A DNA stretch of 51,588 bases from assembly GCF_004010195.1 (NCBI RefSeq), contig NC_057752.1, forward strand, positions 12,288,253 through 12,339,840, written 5' to 3'. The DNA comes from Chiloscyllium plagiosum. Its lineage: Eukaryota. A model generated the notes under the pieces. It was not told the origin of the DNA. It did no database searches and saw only the letters and a list, made by a program, of their open reading frames with translations. Within the stretch, counting starts at the first letter, position 1. Each line of letters opens with the position of its first letter. The position numbers and the translations under genes are program-made. Shown here one piece after another: positions 25,380-39,079 of this stretch.

Positions 25380-27590
25380 TGGTGTTGGGGAGCAAAAAGA
25401 CAAGTGGTTGTTGTAGGTGAACAGTTAGCATCTTTTGTAAAACAGGATGCTAGAGTGTTGCATGGAAAGGTTGCCTACCTGGTGCAAGGATGAGGAACAT
25501 CTGACCAGCTTGAAAACATATTGATGCAGGGGAAGAATCCAGTTGTGGTCCACATTGGGACATGGACAAGGTGAGGAAAAAAACCCATTTGGGGTTAACA
25601 GGCACTAAGAACAGGTCCTCAAGAGTTTAGTCTCTTGATTACCACCCAAGCTACATGCAAACTGGTGGCTGTGCCTGTGAGAGTGTCCTCCCACAATGCA
25701 AAGATTGCAGATTAGGTGAATTGACAATGCTAAAATTGTCCAGTGTTCAGGATGTGTAGGTTAGGTGCATTAGTCAAGGATAAATATAGGGTAGGGGAAT
25801 GAGACTGGTGGGTTACTCTTCAAGACTTGTTGGGCCAAAGGGCACTTCCATACTGTAGGGATTCTATGGAGAAGCAAGAATAAAAAGGGAAGTAAACACT
25901 GCTTGAGTTGGGGGGAGGGGGGGGTAAGAGGAAAAAAACAAAAGAGGGGTTCCATTTAATGAGGCATAGGCATAAATATTGGAACAGGAAGAATCTGTGC
26001 CATTGGGACAGAGTCTCCACCTGAACCAAGCTGGGGCCAGTTATCTAGCAAAAGCAGTGGTCAACAGGACATTAAACTAGAGGGGGTAAAAGGAAAGGGT
26101 AATTCTTAGTATAATGGCTAATGGGAAACAAAGCAGGTTAGCATGAGGGGAGAGTGGATTCGATTGCATGGCAGAGTATAAAAAAAATTAATCTCCAGAA
26201 CACAAACAGGACAGTGTTAGGAATCTAACTTAAGAACATTGGATAAAGAGATGACAATGAGAAAAGGGACAACAGGACTGAAGGTTTAGTGTCCGAATGC
26301 ATGCAGCATACAAAAAAGGTAAGAGCTTGTGGTGCAGATTGAAGTTGGCAGGTGTGTGGTCGGCACCATGGAGACATGGTTGCAAGGCAAAACAGGACTG
26401 GAAGCTGTACATCCTATTAAAAAGGCAGGCAGGTGGGCAGGGGGGATGGGGTTGCCTTATTGGCAAGAAATTTTAGCCATAAACTAGGGTCAGATGTAGA
26501 ATCTGTGGGTAGAGTTTAGGAACCACAAAAAGGTGAAAACTATAATGTACGGACCACAACAGTACCAGGATGTGGGGCACAATATACATGCCTTTATCTC
26601 CTGGTGTATGAAAGGCAATGCTGCAGTAATCATGGGAGATTGCAATATGCAACTGGACTGCAAAAGTCAGGTTGACAGTGGATGGCAAGAAAAGGAATTT
26701 GTGGAATGTGTACAGGATGGCTTTTGGGAGCAGTTTGTGGTGGAGCACTGAATTTAGTGCTGTGCAATGAGGCAGACTTGGTAAGGGAGCTTAAGATGAA
26801 GGAACCCTTTAAGAGGCAGTGACCATATGATCAAATTGCAGAGTAAATTCTAAAGGGGAAGAAGCTAGAATCAGATGTAACAGTATTACATAGTTGAATA
26901 AAGGCAAGGAGGCAGGAGCTGACCAAGGAGCCTAACAGGAAAGAGTGGAACATGGCAGGAGATTTTGGGAAGTAATTCAGGAGACAGGAGAGAGAGAGAA
27001 TCATCCTAGGAAAAAGTGGCATGATACTAAGGAGGTAACTGTGGCTGACCAGGGAAGTCATGACTGCATAAAATGAAAGGAAAAAGCATAGTGGTGAAAG
27101 GCAGTGGGAAGCCTACAAAGATGAGAGAACAACTGAAAGGGAAGGAGAAGGTTTAAAACTAGCCAGTAAAAGATTGCAAGAGTTTTAGATGCAAGAACAA
27201 GACTGCTGGAAAGTGACATGGAGAAGTAGTAATGGGGAAACAAAGACAGAAACTGAACAAAAAAAGCACTGTGCCAGTCTTCAGTGACAAGTAGAGTAAA
27301 ATCCCAAAAAATTCAAGAGTTGTCAGGGGCAGCAGAGAAGAACATGGTGGCCAACAAAAAAGTGGTGCTAGAAAAAACTGAATGGCCTGAAGGTGTATAA
27401 AAGTCACCTGGATGACATAACATCATTCTGTAGAAGATTGCTGAAGAGATAGTGGAGGCATTAGTGCAGATCTTCCAGGAAGCATTGGAGACAGGGAGGG
27501 TCTGAACGACTGGAAAATCATTAGTGTAACCCCTGTTGAGAGAAAGTCAAAAGATGGAAATTACAGATCAATTAGCCTGACCTCAGTCTA
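25380..27590 (+). mobile_element. Decayed CR1-clade LINE with ORF1 SGNH-esterase remnant and ORF2 EN; contains a partial HE1-like SINE (~25675-25867)
   Basis: CLPGAR and PVVVHIGT (~25470-25560). ETWLQG, AVIMGDCNMQLD..EFVECVQDGFWEQFV (ORF 26533..26751), SDH, and NYRSISLTS (~27560-27587). Confidence 0.85.
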
Positions 27591-29620
27591 GAGATATACA
27601 ACCTGGAAAGACTTTTGGTCCAACTTGTCCATGCTCACGAGATATGGTAACTAATCTGGTCCAATATCCCCTTCTATTCAAATACCCAGCAGATGCCTTT
27701 TAATGTAGTAATTGTACCAGCCTCCACTTCCCCTGGAAAGATCCTTTTAAAAAACTTTCCCCTCCCCCTAAACCATGCCCTATAGTTCTAGATTGCCCCA
27801 GCCCAGGAAAACAACATTTTTGGCCCTATCCATGCCCCTTGATTTTTATAAGCCTCAGCCTCCAACACTAGGGAAAACAGCCTCAGCCTATTCTGCTTCT
27901 CCCTATATCTCAAACTCTGGCAAGATCTTTGAACCCTTTCAAGGGTCAAAGCCTTCTGATTGCAGGGAGACCAGAATTGCATACAAAAAATGGCCTAACC
28001 AATGTTCTTCACAGCTGCACCATACCATCCCAATTCACTCAATCCTCTGACTGAAAGAAAAACTTACCAAGTACCTTACTATCTACCTGTGATTCTACAT
28101 CTGTGAACAAACCTACATTCCAAGGTCTCTGTTCAGCATGGGACTCCAGGACCTTACCATTAAAGGTGTACAAGTACTACTGGTTTGCTTTTCCAAAATG
28201 CAGCACCTTGTTTATCTAAAAATTCCATCTGCTGCTCTTCAGTCCATTGGCCCATCTGATCAAGATCCTATTCTTCACTGTCCACTACATCTCTAATGAG
28301 TTCTTTAAACTTTTATAGGAATATTTGTATAAGAAAAGTGGATCCAGCATGGATGCTGGTGGCACACCACTGGTCACAGGCCTCTAGTCTGAAAAGCAGA
28401 GCACCACCTGTCTACTTTAGACCTAGTTCTGTATCCAAATGGATAGTTCTCCCTGTATTCCATGGGAGATAATTTTGCTAACCCATCTGCAATGAGGAAG
28501 CTTGTTAAATGCCTTATTGAAGTCCACATCCACTGTCCTCAAGCCTCTTCATTAACTGGAGTTATTTTGAAGTAGAGACATTTCCTCATGCACAAAGCCA
28601 CCATTAGCTATCCCTAATCAGTCGATGAGAAAGTGAGGACTGCAGATGCTGGAGATCAGAGCTGAAATGGGTTGCTGGAAGAGCACAGGTCAGGCAGTAT
28701 CCAAGAAACAGGAGAATCGACATTTTGGGCATGAGCCCTTCAGAAATGAGGAAAGTATCCAGCAGGCTAAGATAAAATGTAGGGAGGAGGGACTTGGGGG
28801 AGGGGTGTGAAAGTGTGATAGGTGGAAGGAGGTCAAGGTGAGGGTGATAGGCTGAGAGGTCAGGAGGAAGATTGCAGGTTAGGAAGGTGGTGCTGAGTTA
28901 GAGGGATTTGACTGAGACAAGGTGGGGGGGGGGGGGAATGAGGAAACTGGAGAAATCTGAGTTCATCCCTTGTGGTTAGAGGGTTCCTAGGCAGAAGATG
29001 AGGCACTCTTCCTCCAGCTGTCACGTTGCTATGGTCTGGCGATGGAGGAGTCCAAGGACCTGGATGTCCTTGGTGGCCCCAAGTCCCTCCTCCCTACCTT
29101 TTATCGTAGCCTGCTGGACACTCATTCCTGAAGGGCTCATGCCCGAAATGTCGATTCTCCTGTTCCTTGGATGCTGCCTGACCTGCTGTTTTGCTGGAAA
29201 AGCACAGTCAGCTCTAATCAGTCTTTGCCTACTGAAATATGCAGATCTTTTCCTTTTTGATTCCCTATTTACTTCCCTGGCTTTTCTTTACCATTTTTCT
29301 TAAATAAATGGTACCCTCCAGTTAGCCAGCCTCTAGTCTTCGGGCACCTGAGGTGTGACTATCAATGAAACAAATTTAAAATCAAGGGGTTCAACAATCT
29401 CTTCCCTAGCTTCCTGGCGTTTAGGGTACACCTGATCATGTCCTGGGGATTTATCCATCTGTTTTAGGGCATCCACCACTAATTATGGTCATTTTTTCAA
29501 GATATTGCCCCATAGTGTCTTCCACATCCTTCTCCACAGTAAACACTGATGCAAAATACTCATTTAGTATCTCCAACTCATGGTTGTCCTTAGCATATTC
29601 ATAAACCCCTTCGTATTCTC
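27590..29620 (-). mobile_element. CR1-clade LINE RT and 3' remnant, interrupted by a PLE insertion
   Basis: MQFWSPCN (ORF 27788..27982), VTSGVP and DFNKAFNKLPH on minus. Continues after 29223. Confidence 0.8.
28624..29213 (-). mobile_element. 5'-truncated PLE with GIY-YIG C-terminus, 3' terminal repeat and inverted 5' repeat
   Basis: Minus 29071-28937 translates KDIQVLGLLHRQTIAT*QLEEECLIFCLGTL*PQGMNSDFSSFLI. ~29075-29190 is an inverted copy of ~28685-28800. 10-bp TSD ctaatcagtc at 28614-28623 and 29214-29223. Confidence 0.88.
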
Positions 29621-29699
29621 TAAGATTGGAGCCTATAACAGATGTTATTTCTGAATACTTGGAAGTGTAAAGTAGGACAAAGTCAGCCTGGTTTCACCA

Positions 29700-32114
29700 A
29701 TGAGGTGGAATTGAGGAACCACAGGCAAAAAACCATAGTGGGAGTTTTATGTACAAACCTCCTAACAGTGGTCAGGACCAGGGGTGCAACATGTACTGGG
29801 AAATAGAAAAGGCATGTCAGAAAGGCAGGGTCACAGTGATCATAGGAGACTTCAATATGCAGGTGGACTGGGTAAATAATGTTGCCAGTGGATCCAAAGA
29901 AAGGGAATTCATGGAATGCTTACAGGATTGCTTTTCGGAACAGCTTGTCATGGAGCCCACAAGGGAGCAGGCTATTCTGGACCTAGTGCTATGTAATGAA
30001 CCAGACTTTTATTAAAAAATCTTAAAGGGAACACTTAGGAAGAGCGATCATAATACGGTAGAGTTCAGTCTGCAGTTTGAAAGAAGGCAAAATCGGATGT
30101 AATGGTGTTACAGTTAAATAAAAGTTAATAAAATGAGGGCATGAGGGGAACTGACGAAAATAGACTGGAAGCAGAGCCTAGCAGGGAAGACAGCAAAAAT
30201 GGCAGGAGTTTGTGGGTAAAACGGAGGACACTGTACAGAGGTTCACCCCAAAGAGAAAGATTATCCAGGGAGGGCTTAGACAGCCATGGCTGAAAGGAAG
30301 TCAGGAAATCAAAGAAAAAAAGAGCCTATAAAGTGGCCAAGAGCACTGGGAAATCAGAAGATTGGGAAGGCTACAAAACAAAGGATAACAGAGAAATAAG
30401 GAAGGAGGGGATCAAATATGAAGGTAGGCTAGCCAGTAATATTAGAAAGGATCGTAAAAGTTTCTTTCAATACATAAGAAACAAACGACAGGCAAGAGTA
30501 GACATTGGGCCACTTCAAACTGATGCTGGAAGCCTAGTGATGGGAGATGAGGAAATAGCTGGAGAAATTAATAAGTACTTTGCATCAGTCTTCACAGTGG
30601 AAGACATGAGTAATATCCCAACAATTAAAGGGAGTCAGGGGGCTGAGTTGAGTATGGTTGCCATTACAAAAGAGTGCTAGAAAAGCTAAAAAGTCTTAAA
30701 ATTGATAAATCTCCTGGCCCCAATGGGCTACATCCTGGAGTTCTGAGGGAGGTGGCTAAGGAAAGAGGCACTGGTTGAGATCTTTCAAAAGTCACTGGAG
30801 TCAGGGAAAGTCCCAGATGATTGGAAGATCACTGTTGTAACCCCCTTGTTCAAGGATCAAGGCAAAAGATGGAAAATTATAGGCCAATTAGCCTAACCTC
30901 AGTTGTTGGTAAAATTCTGGAATCCATCATTAAGGATGAGGTTTCTAAATTCTTGGAAGAGCAGGGTCGGATTAGAACAAGTCAANNNNNNNNNNNNNNN
31001 NNNNNNNNNNNNNNNNNAGGTGAGCTACTGGTATGGATTGAGGATTGGCTGTCTGACAGGAGGCAGAGAGTTGGATAAAAGGTTTTTTTTTGGAATGGCA
31101 GCTGGTGACAAGCGGTGTCCTGCAGGGTTCAGTGTTGGGGCCACAGCTGTTCATGTTATATATTAATGATCTGGATGAAGGGACTGGGGGCATTCTAGCA
31201 AAGTTTGCTGATACAAAGTTAGGTGGACAGGCTAGTACTGAGGAAGTGGGGAGGCTGCAGAAGGATCTAGACAGTTTGGAAGAGTGGTCCAGGAAGTGGC
31301 TGATGGCAGTCAATCTGAGCAAATGAGAGGTCTTGCACTTTGGAAAAAAGATTAGAAGCATGGATTACTTTCTAAACCGTGAGAAAATTCATAAAGCCAA
31401 AGTAGAGGGATCTGGGAGTGCTAGTTGAGGATTCTCTAAAGGTAAACATGGACTCAACCTGCATGTTTAAGAAAGCGAATGCAATGTTGTCATTTATCTC
31501 AAGGGGGTTGGAATATAAAAGCACTGTTGTGCTACTAAGACTTTATAAAGCTCTGGTTAGGCCCCATTTGGAGTACTGCGTCCAGTTTTGGTCCCCACAC
31601 CTCAGGAAGGACATACTGGCACTGGAGCGTGTCCAGCAGAGATTCATATGGATGATCCCTGAATGGTAGGTCTAACATACAAGGAACGGCTGAGGATCCT
31701 GGGATTGTATTCATTGGAGTTAAGATTAAGGGGAGATCTAATAGAAATTTAGAAGATAATACATGGCTTGGAGAGGGTGGATGCTGGGAAATGGTTTCCG
31801 TTAGGCGAGGAGACTAGGACCCACGGACAGCCTTAGAATTGGGGGGGGTAAATTCAGAACAGAAATGCGGAGACATTTCTTCAGCCAGAGAGTGGTGGGC
31901 CTGTGGAATTCATTGCCACAGAGTGCAGTGGAGGCTGGGACGCTAAATGTCTTCAAGGCAGAAATTGATAAATTCTTGATGTCACAAGGAATTAAGGGCT
32001 ACAGGGAGAATGCAGGTAAGTGGAGTTGAAATGCCTATCAGCCATGATTGAATGGCTGAGTGGACTAGATGGGCCGAATGGCCTTACTTCCACTCCTATG
32101 TCTTATGGTCTTAT
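29700..32114 (+). mobile_element. Best-preserved CR1/HER1-like LINE ORF2 pseudogene (EN + RT), 5'-truncated
   Basis: YKPPNS..VIIGDFN..AILDLVLCN, KYFASVFTVED, NYRPISLTSVVGKILE, SGVLQGSVLGPQLF..INDL..KFADTK, LYKALVRPHLEYCVQFWSPHLRKD. Ends in a tcttatggtcttat tail. Frameshifted, with an N gap at 30986-31017. Confidence 0.95.
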
Positions 32115-32189
32115 AGGACTAGTTCAGTTTGGTATTATGGTCAGCAGAGACTGGTTGCACCCAAGGGTCTGTTTCACACTGCATGATTG

Positions 32190-33685
32190 TATATGACTCA
32201 AAGTAGAGTGCTAGAAATTCTGGGAAGCATAAAGATAGACAAGTCCCCAGGGCCAGACTGTATATATCAAAAGTTACTATGGGAGGGGAGGAATGAGATT
32301 GCTGTGCCTTTGGTGATGATCTTTACATCCTCATTCTCCATGGTAGTACCAGATAGCTGGAGGGAGGAGAATATTGCTCCTGTTCAGGAAAGGGAAGTCA
32401 GAATTACAGACCAGTTGGTTTTAAGTCTATGGTAAGCAAGCTACTGGAAAGGATTTGGACTAGTTAGAAAAACCAGTTTGATTAAAGATCAGCAGCATGT
32501 CTGAGGGCAGCAGGTCATGTCTAAAGGCTAGAGTTTGAGGAGATGATGAGACAGGTTGACAGTTAGTGGATGTGGTGTATATGGATTTCAGTAAGGCATT
32601 TGATAAGGCTCCCCAAAGCAAGCTCATCCAGAAGCTTAGGTGGTATGGGATACAGGGAAATCTGGCTGTCTGATAGAGCTGGCTAGCCAAAAGTGTGGTA
32701 GTGGATGGAAAGTAACATATTCTGCCTGGAGGTCAGTGACCAGTGGCATCCTGCAGGGATCTGTTCTTAGACCTCTGCTCTTTGTAGTTTTTAAAATAAG
32801 TGACTTGGGAGAAGGGTGGGTTAGTAAGTTTGCCAATGACATGAAGGTCAGTGGTGCTGTAGGTAGTGTTGAGGGCTGTTGCAGGCTACAACATGACATT
32901 GACAGGATGCAGAGCTGGGCTGAGAAGTGGCAGATTAAGTTCAACCCTGATAAATGCAAAGAAGTGATTCATTTTGAAAGGTCAAATTTGAATGTTGAAT
33001 ACAGGGTTGAAGACAGGATTCTTGGCAGTGTGGAGGAACAGTGGGATCTTGGGATCCCTCAAAGTTGCCACCCAAGTTGAATGGTGTTTTGGCTTTCACT
33101 AAATGGGGGATGGAGTTTAAGGACTGCAACAAAACCTCATGGCTCTAAAACCCTGGTTGGGCTGTGCTTGGAATAATGTGTCCAAGTCTGGTCACCTCAT
33201 TATAGGAAGGACAGATGCTAGAGGGCACAGAGGATATTTACCAGCATGCTACCTGGATAGGAGAGGCATGTCTTTTGAAGGTTGAATGAGCTGGGGTTTC
33301 TCCCATACTGAAGAAAAAAAGGGTTGACTTGATAGAAGTGTACAAAGTAATAAGAGGCATAGAGTAGATAGCCATTTGTTTCCCTGGGGAGAAGTCTCTG
33401 GCTGTCACAAAGTGACAATTGTAAAGGTGGTGTGCNNNNNNNNNNNNNNNNNNNNNNNNNNNNNNNNNNNNNNNNNNNNNNNNNGGAAGTCAGATGCATA
33501 AAGATGTTCTTTATGCAGAGTGGTGAGTGTGGAATGCACTGCCAGCAGTGCTAGTAAAGTCAGACATTAAGCAACTGTTGGACTAGAACATGGATGGCAG
33601 TAAGCTGAGGGGTGTGTAGGTAAGGTTGATCAAGATTAGTGCTCAGCACAACATGGGCTGAAGGGCCTGTATTGTTCTATGTTGA
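32190..33685 (+). mobile_element. CR1-clade LINE RT remnant
   Basis: IDKSPGPD, VYMDFSKAFDKAP, SGILQGSVL, KFANDMK, WAEKWQIKFNPDKC. N gap at 33436-33484. Confidence 0.9.
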
Positions 33686-33849
33686 GTGGTGAATTGAAGG
33701 CTGGGGAGGCCAGGTCAGAGTAGGTTTAAAACCAGATGCTTACAGGGAGAAGTGGGAAAATGGTTGAAAGCTTCAGCTGTGATTAAATGGTGGCAGACTC
33801 TGAGCTGAATGGCCTAATTTCTATTCTGGTGTTAGGCTTTGCTCAGATT

Positions 33850-34370
33850 GAAGGTTGTTGAGCTCCAGGTGTATAACAATCATTCCAACTTTTCTATACT
33901 GCTGAAACTTAGACCAAGTCTAGGTGACACCTCTGGAGTACCATGAATGTTGTTGGAGAGATTCTTGCATCACCTGGATGATTGGCTGCTTAAAAGGATT
34001 TGATGCACCAAATAGCACCATGGGGGCCATCATTTGTAAGGAACTCTCCTGGGCTGCCACATGCCTTGGATGTACATATACTGACTGCCAAAGCAACCCT
34101 CTTCACCTAGCTCAAGGAAGGCACTTTAAGAGGACAGAAGCAGCATTAAGGACTCCCTAAAGGCTTCAAGAAATGGGGATGTTAGTGCAAGAGAATCCAT
34201 GTTCAAAAAAAAAGGTGGACTTGAGGAACCTCCTGTCTGAAGGAAGATTCTGAAAACCTGTCAAAGACTATGGAAAGAGGGACCAGAAAGAAATATTGTC
34301 AGGAACCACTTCTGCCTTGAATAGTCAGATATGCAGCCCTGGGACTAGGCTCAGCTATACAAAGACCCAC
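33850..34370 (+). mobile_element. RTE-clade LINE C-terminal remnant
   Basis: LYTAET (~33894-33910), WAATC (W.GH-like) and LPKQ-like remnants of RTE ORF C-termini. Strongly decayed. Confidence 0.5.
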
Positions 34371-35455
34371 AAAATACATGATTGGTGACATGAATTTCCT
34401 GGTGGACAGTCATACCTTCTAGCAAGGTGATTGCTGATAATGCTGGGACAGGTTTCAGCTGCTGGAGTTCCTTCCATCCAGAGAATGCATATCAGGTGTT
34501 CCAAGATGGGAAGGGAAGTTTCTCCAGTTAATGGGATGATTTAGATTCCTTCTTGAAGGCAGATATAGTTGCCATAGTCATGAAGTGGAGGGTAGCAATG
34601 GTGGGGGAGGTAGCAATGTCAATGAAATCTCAGCTTTGAAGCCCTCAGCTGAAATATCATGGGGTCCTAAGCTTTGTTCCTTTTCATCCATTCCATTTCT
34701 TGTTAGCTTTAATAGTTCACTTATTGATCCTACCACTGGATACTGGGACAGCCTGAAGATTAGTTGCCACTGTGGATTCAGTAAAGAAACTGAAAGTGCT
34801 TTCTCTAGCACCAATGGATGGTGTCATTGCCAAAAGAAATACCATCCAGTGATCAGAGAATTCTATTTTATTAGAAATTGTCTAATGCACCAATTGCAGT
34901 GTTTGAAAAGCCACAACTTTTCATTTGGGGATTGAAATATAAATCTAAAGTCTAAGTTAGTAGAGAGCAAGTTGCAATTCAAAAGGGTGGCCCATGAGTC
35001 AGTAGAAAGGTGGGACCACCTTTGGAGATAGATGCTTACAGCTCAAATTGAAATTCCTGTTTTCCCAGACACCAAAACCAGTCTGGTTTCTTAAAAAAAA
35101 AAGAGGGTGTTTTAAACTAATTCTCGATCTGGAGATCTCAGGTGTGCCACTTTACCCTAGTGGCAAACTACAGGGAAGTTTATTTGGTTTCTCATTTCTC
35201 AGGAAAAGAGGTACCCAGAACCTAAAGGCAGCTTGGAGACAGTCTCTTCCCTGGGGTGGGAGCATCCTGAACTGGAGGGAATAGGTTTAGGGAGAGAAGA
35301 GAAAGATGAAACCTAAGGGCAACTTTTTCATGCAGAGGGTGATGTGTATGGAATGAGCAGCCACAGAGTGGTGGAGGCTAGTACAATTGCAACATTTTAA
35401 AAAGGCATCTGGATGGGTGTATGAATAGGAAGCAAGGGTTTGGAGGGATATGGGC

Positions 35456-36450
35456 TGGAAATGTGTTGCTGGAAAAGCGCAGCAGGTCAGGCAGCATCCA
35501 GGGAACAGGAGAATTGATGTTTTGGGCATAAGCCCTTCAGGAATGGGGAAGTTTGTCCAGCAGGCTAAGATAAAAGGTAGGGAGGAGGGACTTGGGAGAG
35601 GGGTGTCGGAAATGTGATAGGTGGAAAGAGGTCAAGGTGAGGGTGATAGGTCAGACTGGGGTGGGGTTGGAGAGGTCAGGAAGATGATTTCAGGTTAGGA
35701 AGGCTGTGCTGAATTTGATGGATTTGACTGNNNNNNNNNNNNNNNNNNNNNNNNNNNNNNNNNNNNNNNNNNNNNNNNNNNNNNNNNNNNNNNNNNNNNN
35801 NNNNNNNNNNNNNNNNNNNNNNNNNNNNNNNNNNNNNNNNNNNNNNNNNNNNNNNNNNNNNNNNNNNNNNNNNNNNNNNNNNNNNNNNNNNNNNNNNNNN
35901 NNNNNNNNNNNNNNNNNNNNNNNNNNNNNNNNNNNNNNNNNNNNNNNNNNNNNNNNNNNNNNNNNNNNNNNNNNNNNNNNNNNNNNNNNNNNNNNNNNNN
36001 NNNNNNNNNNNNNNNNNNNNNNNNNNNNNNNNNNNNNNNNNNNNNNNNNNNNNNNNNNNNNNNNNNNNNNNNNNNNNNNNNNNNNNNNNNNNNNNNNNNN
36101 NNNNNNNNNNNNNNNNNNNNNNNNNNNNNNNNNNNNNNNNNNNNNNNNNNNNNNNNNNNNNNNNNNNNNNNNNNNNNNNNNNNNNNNNNNNNNNNNNNNN
36201 NNNNNNNNNNNNNNNNNNNNNNNNNNNNNNNNNNNNNNNNNNNNNNNNNNNNNNNNNNNNNNNNNNNNNNNNNNNNNNNNNNNNNNNNNNNNTTTTGGTA
36301 CTGGTCCTCCTGGGAGCAGATGCGGCGGAGTCGAAGGAATTGGGAGAATGGGATGGCGTTTTTACAGGGGGCAGGATGGGAGGTGTAGTCCAGGTAGCTG
36401 TGGGAGTCGGTCGGTTTGTAGTAGATGTCCGTGTTGATTCGGTCGCCTGA
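35456..36450 (-). mobile_element. 5'-truncated PLE (RT C-terminus to 3' terminal repeat), mostly under an N gap (35731-36292), inserted in a CR1 3' end
   Basis: GDRINTDIYYKPTDSHSYLDYTSHPAPCKNAIPFSQFLRLRRICS is a PLE-type RT C-terminal motif with CpGs retained. Terminal repeat at 35456-35545. 17-bp TSD tttggagggatatgggc at 35439-35455 and 36471-36487. Confidence 0.92.
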
Positions 36451-36899
36451 GGGATATGGGCCGCTATCTCTTTGGAGGGATATGGGCCAAGTGCTGGTAA
36501 ACAGGACAAGATTCATTTAGGATACCTGGTCAACATGGATGAGTTGGAACAAAGGGTCTGTTTCTGTGCTGTACATCTATGGCTCTAAGCTGAGAAATAA
36601 TTAACAGGGACTGTTGACTAGTAGCAAAGAGCTATTAGAAACCAGGGACTGGAACTTTTCCATGTTACCAAAGTGCAACTTTCATTTTATGCAAGGCTGT
36701 AGTTCCATGCAAACTTTTAGCACCTATCCACCCTCTTATGCTAGCCCAATTCTGTACAGAATTGTAGACAGCTGTTGGGCCAACATAGTTGGTACTAATG
36801 CCATATTTAAAGCTGGCAAGTGCTCACAGCCTAGAGATGCTCAATGGTTAGACACTTATCCCAGACAAATTAAAACTTCTGTCTCAGGGACCAGGAGGC

Positions 36900-37330
36900 C
36901 CCATTGGGCAAAGTAGTGCAAAGAAGTGCTCTTCAGAACTGGCAGATGAGACCATAGCACTAGACCCTGCCAGCCTGATCTAGAGTTGCTACTGAGGTAG
37001 GTGCAGTCTGGAAAAACCCAGACATGCAGAAAGAAAGTCAATGACCTGCTGTGCTCCATGGTAAATGCCACCATCTTTCCACTGCTACCCAAATCATCTC
37101 CCACCAAGAGTGGTCACCTACTCACTTGCCTGCAACATCTTCCCTCAATCGTTCTCAACTACTTGCCCTGTAGTCTCCATTGCTAATTCACTCAACACCA
37201 TGTTTTCTTCCAACCTGCACCAACAGCTGTGCCACCCACTTTCACTTCATCCCTCCCTCTACAAGAGAAAAAAAAAGGAGCTAGATATTGGTTCTTATCC
37301 CTGGAGAGAGATAGTGGTGCCATTAAGTAT
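36900..37330 (+). mobile_element. PIF/Harbinger-like Myb/SANT ORF remnant
   Basis: EVLF...PA*.(R)VATEV...QTCRKKVNDLL (ORF 37001..37186) resembles the Myb/SANT-like protein of Harbinger transposons. Confidence 0.5.
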
Positions 37331-37833
37331 CAGCTAGAAGAGCCACACATTTGTTTCCACCCTGTTACCTTCAACCCTAAGAGTTGAAGCTGTGGAGGGT
37401 GTACCTACCTCTGGTGGGGTCACAGCATATCTGGACCCACTGGTCAGGATTGCTAGACCAAACCTCAGTCAGTCAGTTAGCTCTAATGTAAAGCAGACCC
37501 CCTCCACCCCAGTTGCAAGGCCTGGAAAAATGTTCAAAAGTGCAGTGGGGCAAAAATCAGAGGGCATTATGGGTACACAGATGAGATGTTTGTGTAAAGA
37601 AATTCCACTTTTCTACATATGATCACTTTTTAACCATTAGGTGAAAGAGTATCAATTGCAACTAATATTGGAAGATTCAAAGCCCACCCAAACTTCATGC
37701 TACATGTGCAATGGCCCAAGGTGGACAGCAGCTTCTACAACACTTGGGTAAGTGACTATGATTGCTACTTTGACACTAGACTCCATCTTTCTCAGCAGAT
37801 GAACAGCTACTGCAATAGCAGGATTCACTCAGT

Positions 37834-38134
37834 GGGCAGCATGGTGGCAGTGGTTAGCACTGCTGCCTCACAGCACCAGTGACCTGGGTTCAATTCCCAC
37901 CTCAGGCAACTGTGTTGAGTTTGCACACATTGTGTCTGGGTGGGTTTCCTCCAGGTGCTCTGGTTTCCTCCCAGTCCAAAAATGTGTAGTTAGGAGAACT
38001 GGCCGTGTTAATTTGCCTATAGTGTTAGGTGAAAAGACAAGTGTAGGGAAAGGTCTGGGTGGGTTGCTCTTGAGGGTCAGTGTGAACTTGTTGGGCAGAA
38101 GCACCTGTTTCCACATTAAGTGATCTGATCTAAT
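37834..38134 (+). mobile_element. HE1-like SINE, full length
   Basis: gggcagcatggtggcagtggttagcactgctgcctcacagcaccagtgacctgggttcaattcc head, core, and gatct-repeat tail. Confidence 0.92.
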
Positions 38135-39079
38135 GTGGCCAGGAATGCTGGGGCAAGAAATCGGATGGCACACTGAAGACTAGTGCTCATGGTACATAAA
38201 ACATGTTTCAGCTTTGCTATATGGGTGACTATGTATAATGTTGCTCTTGGAGGGATCTCAAAGCCCCTCCCTCAAAGCACTGACCCCACTTATTCCATTT
38301 TCACCTACATTGTGAAAACAAGTGCTCAATGGAGGGTAACAGGGGAAAAAGTCTCAGGCTCAGCCTTTATCTGACAAGTGCCCCAAATTTGTCAAGCAAC
38401 CCTGAACAGTGACTGACATTTGTGCAGATCCCAGACAGTCATCTTACAGATTGGTTGGACTGGACCCACAGGGCTAACAATGATTACTCCCTGGACTGCA
38501 GAGGTAGGACTCCTGGATGAGCTGCCAAAACCAACTCACCCCTAGAAGGATACCAGAGGCTATTCTGGATTTACTATGCTGAGAATCATTCCACCCCCTC
38601 CACTGAGAGGAGTACGGCTTTAGACATGGCCAGTTAAGAGTGTTTGCACCACATCCACAATTGGCATATAGGGCAGGTACAAAAGTGACTGAACTGCATT
38701 CAAATTAAAACACCCTCCTGAAGGACTGCTGACAAACAGCCAAGCTTGTGCTTTCCTATGCAAGTTCAACATGTGCACAAGTATGGTGAACCTTTATAAC
38801 ATGGCAGGGTAGGAGGTAGACAAGGTACCAAAATGCAAGATAAGGATTCCATGAGCATCTAGGTAGTATGGAGTGATCAACCAAACAGATGAGGTGCAGC
38901 CTGGTTCAGTTGAGAGAGAGTCTGCCCTTACATGTAAAGGGCCCTTGCAGTAGCATTCCAAGGAGAGATACAGTGTAATATAGAAGTTCACCATTAAAGT
39001 GCATAGTGTTATTATAAATGAATCAGATGTTATCATTGACAGGTCAGATACCAGAATTTCTGGAGATGGAGGTGCGCAA

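Noticed and set aside
35676..36516. Long ORFs of 243-277 aa
   Set aside because: Length is an artefact of the N gap. Only the PLE RT fragment is real.
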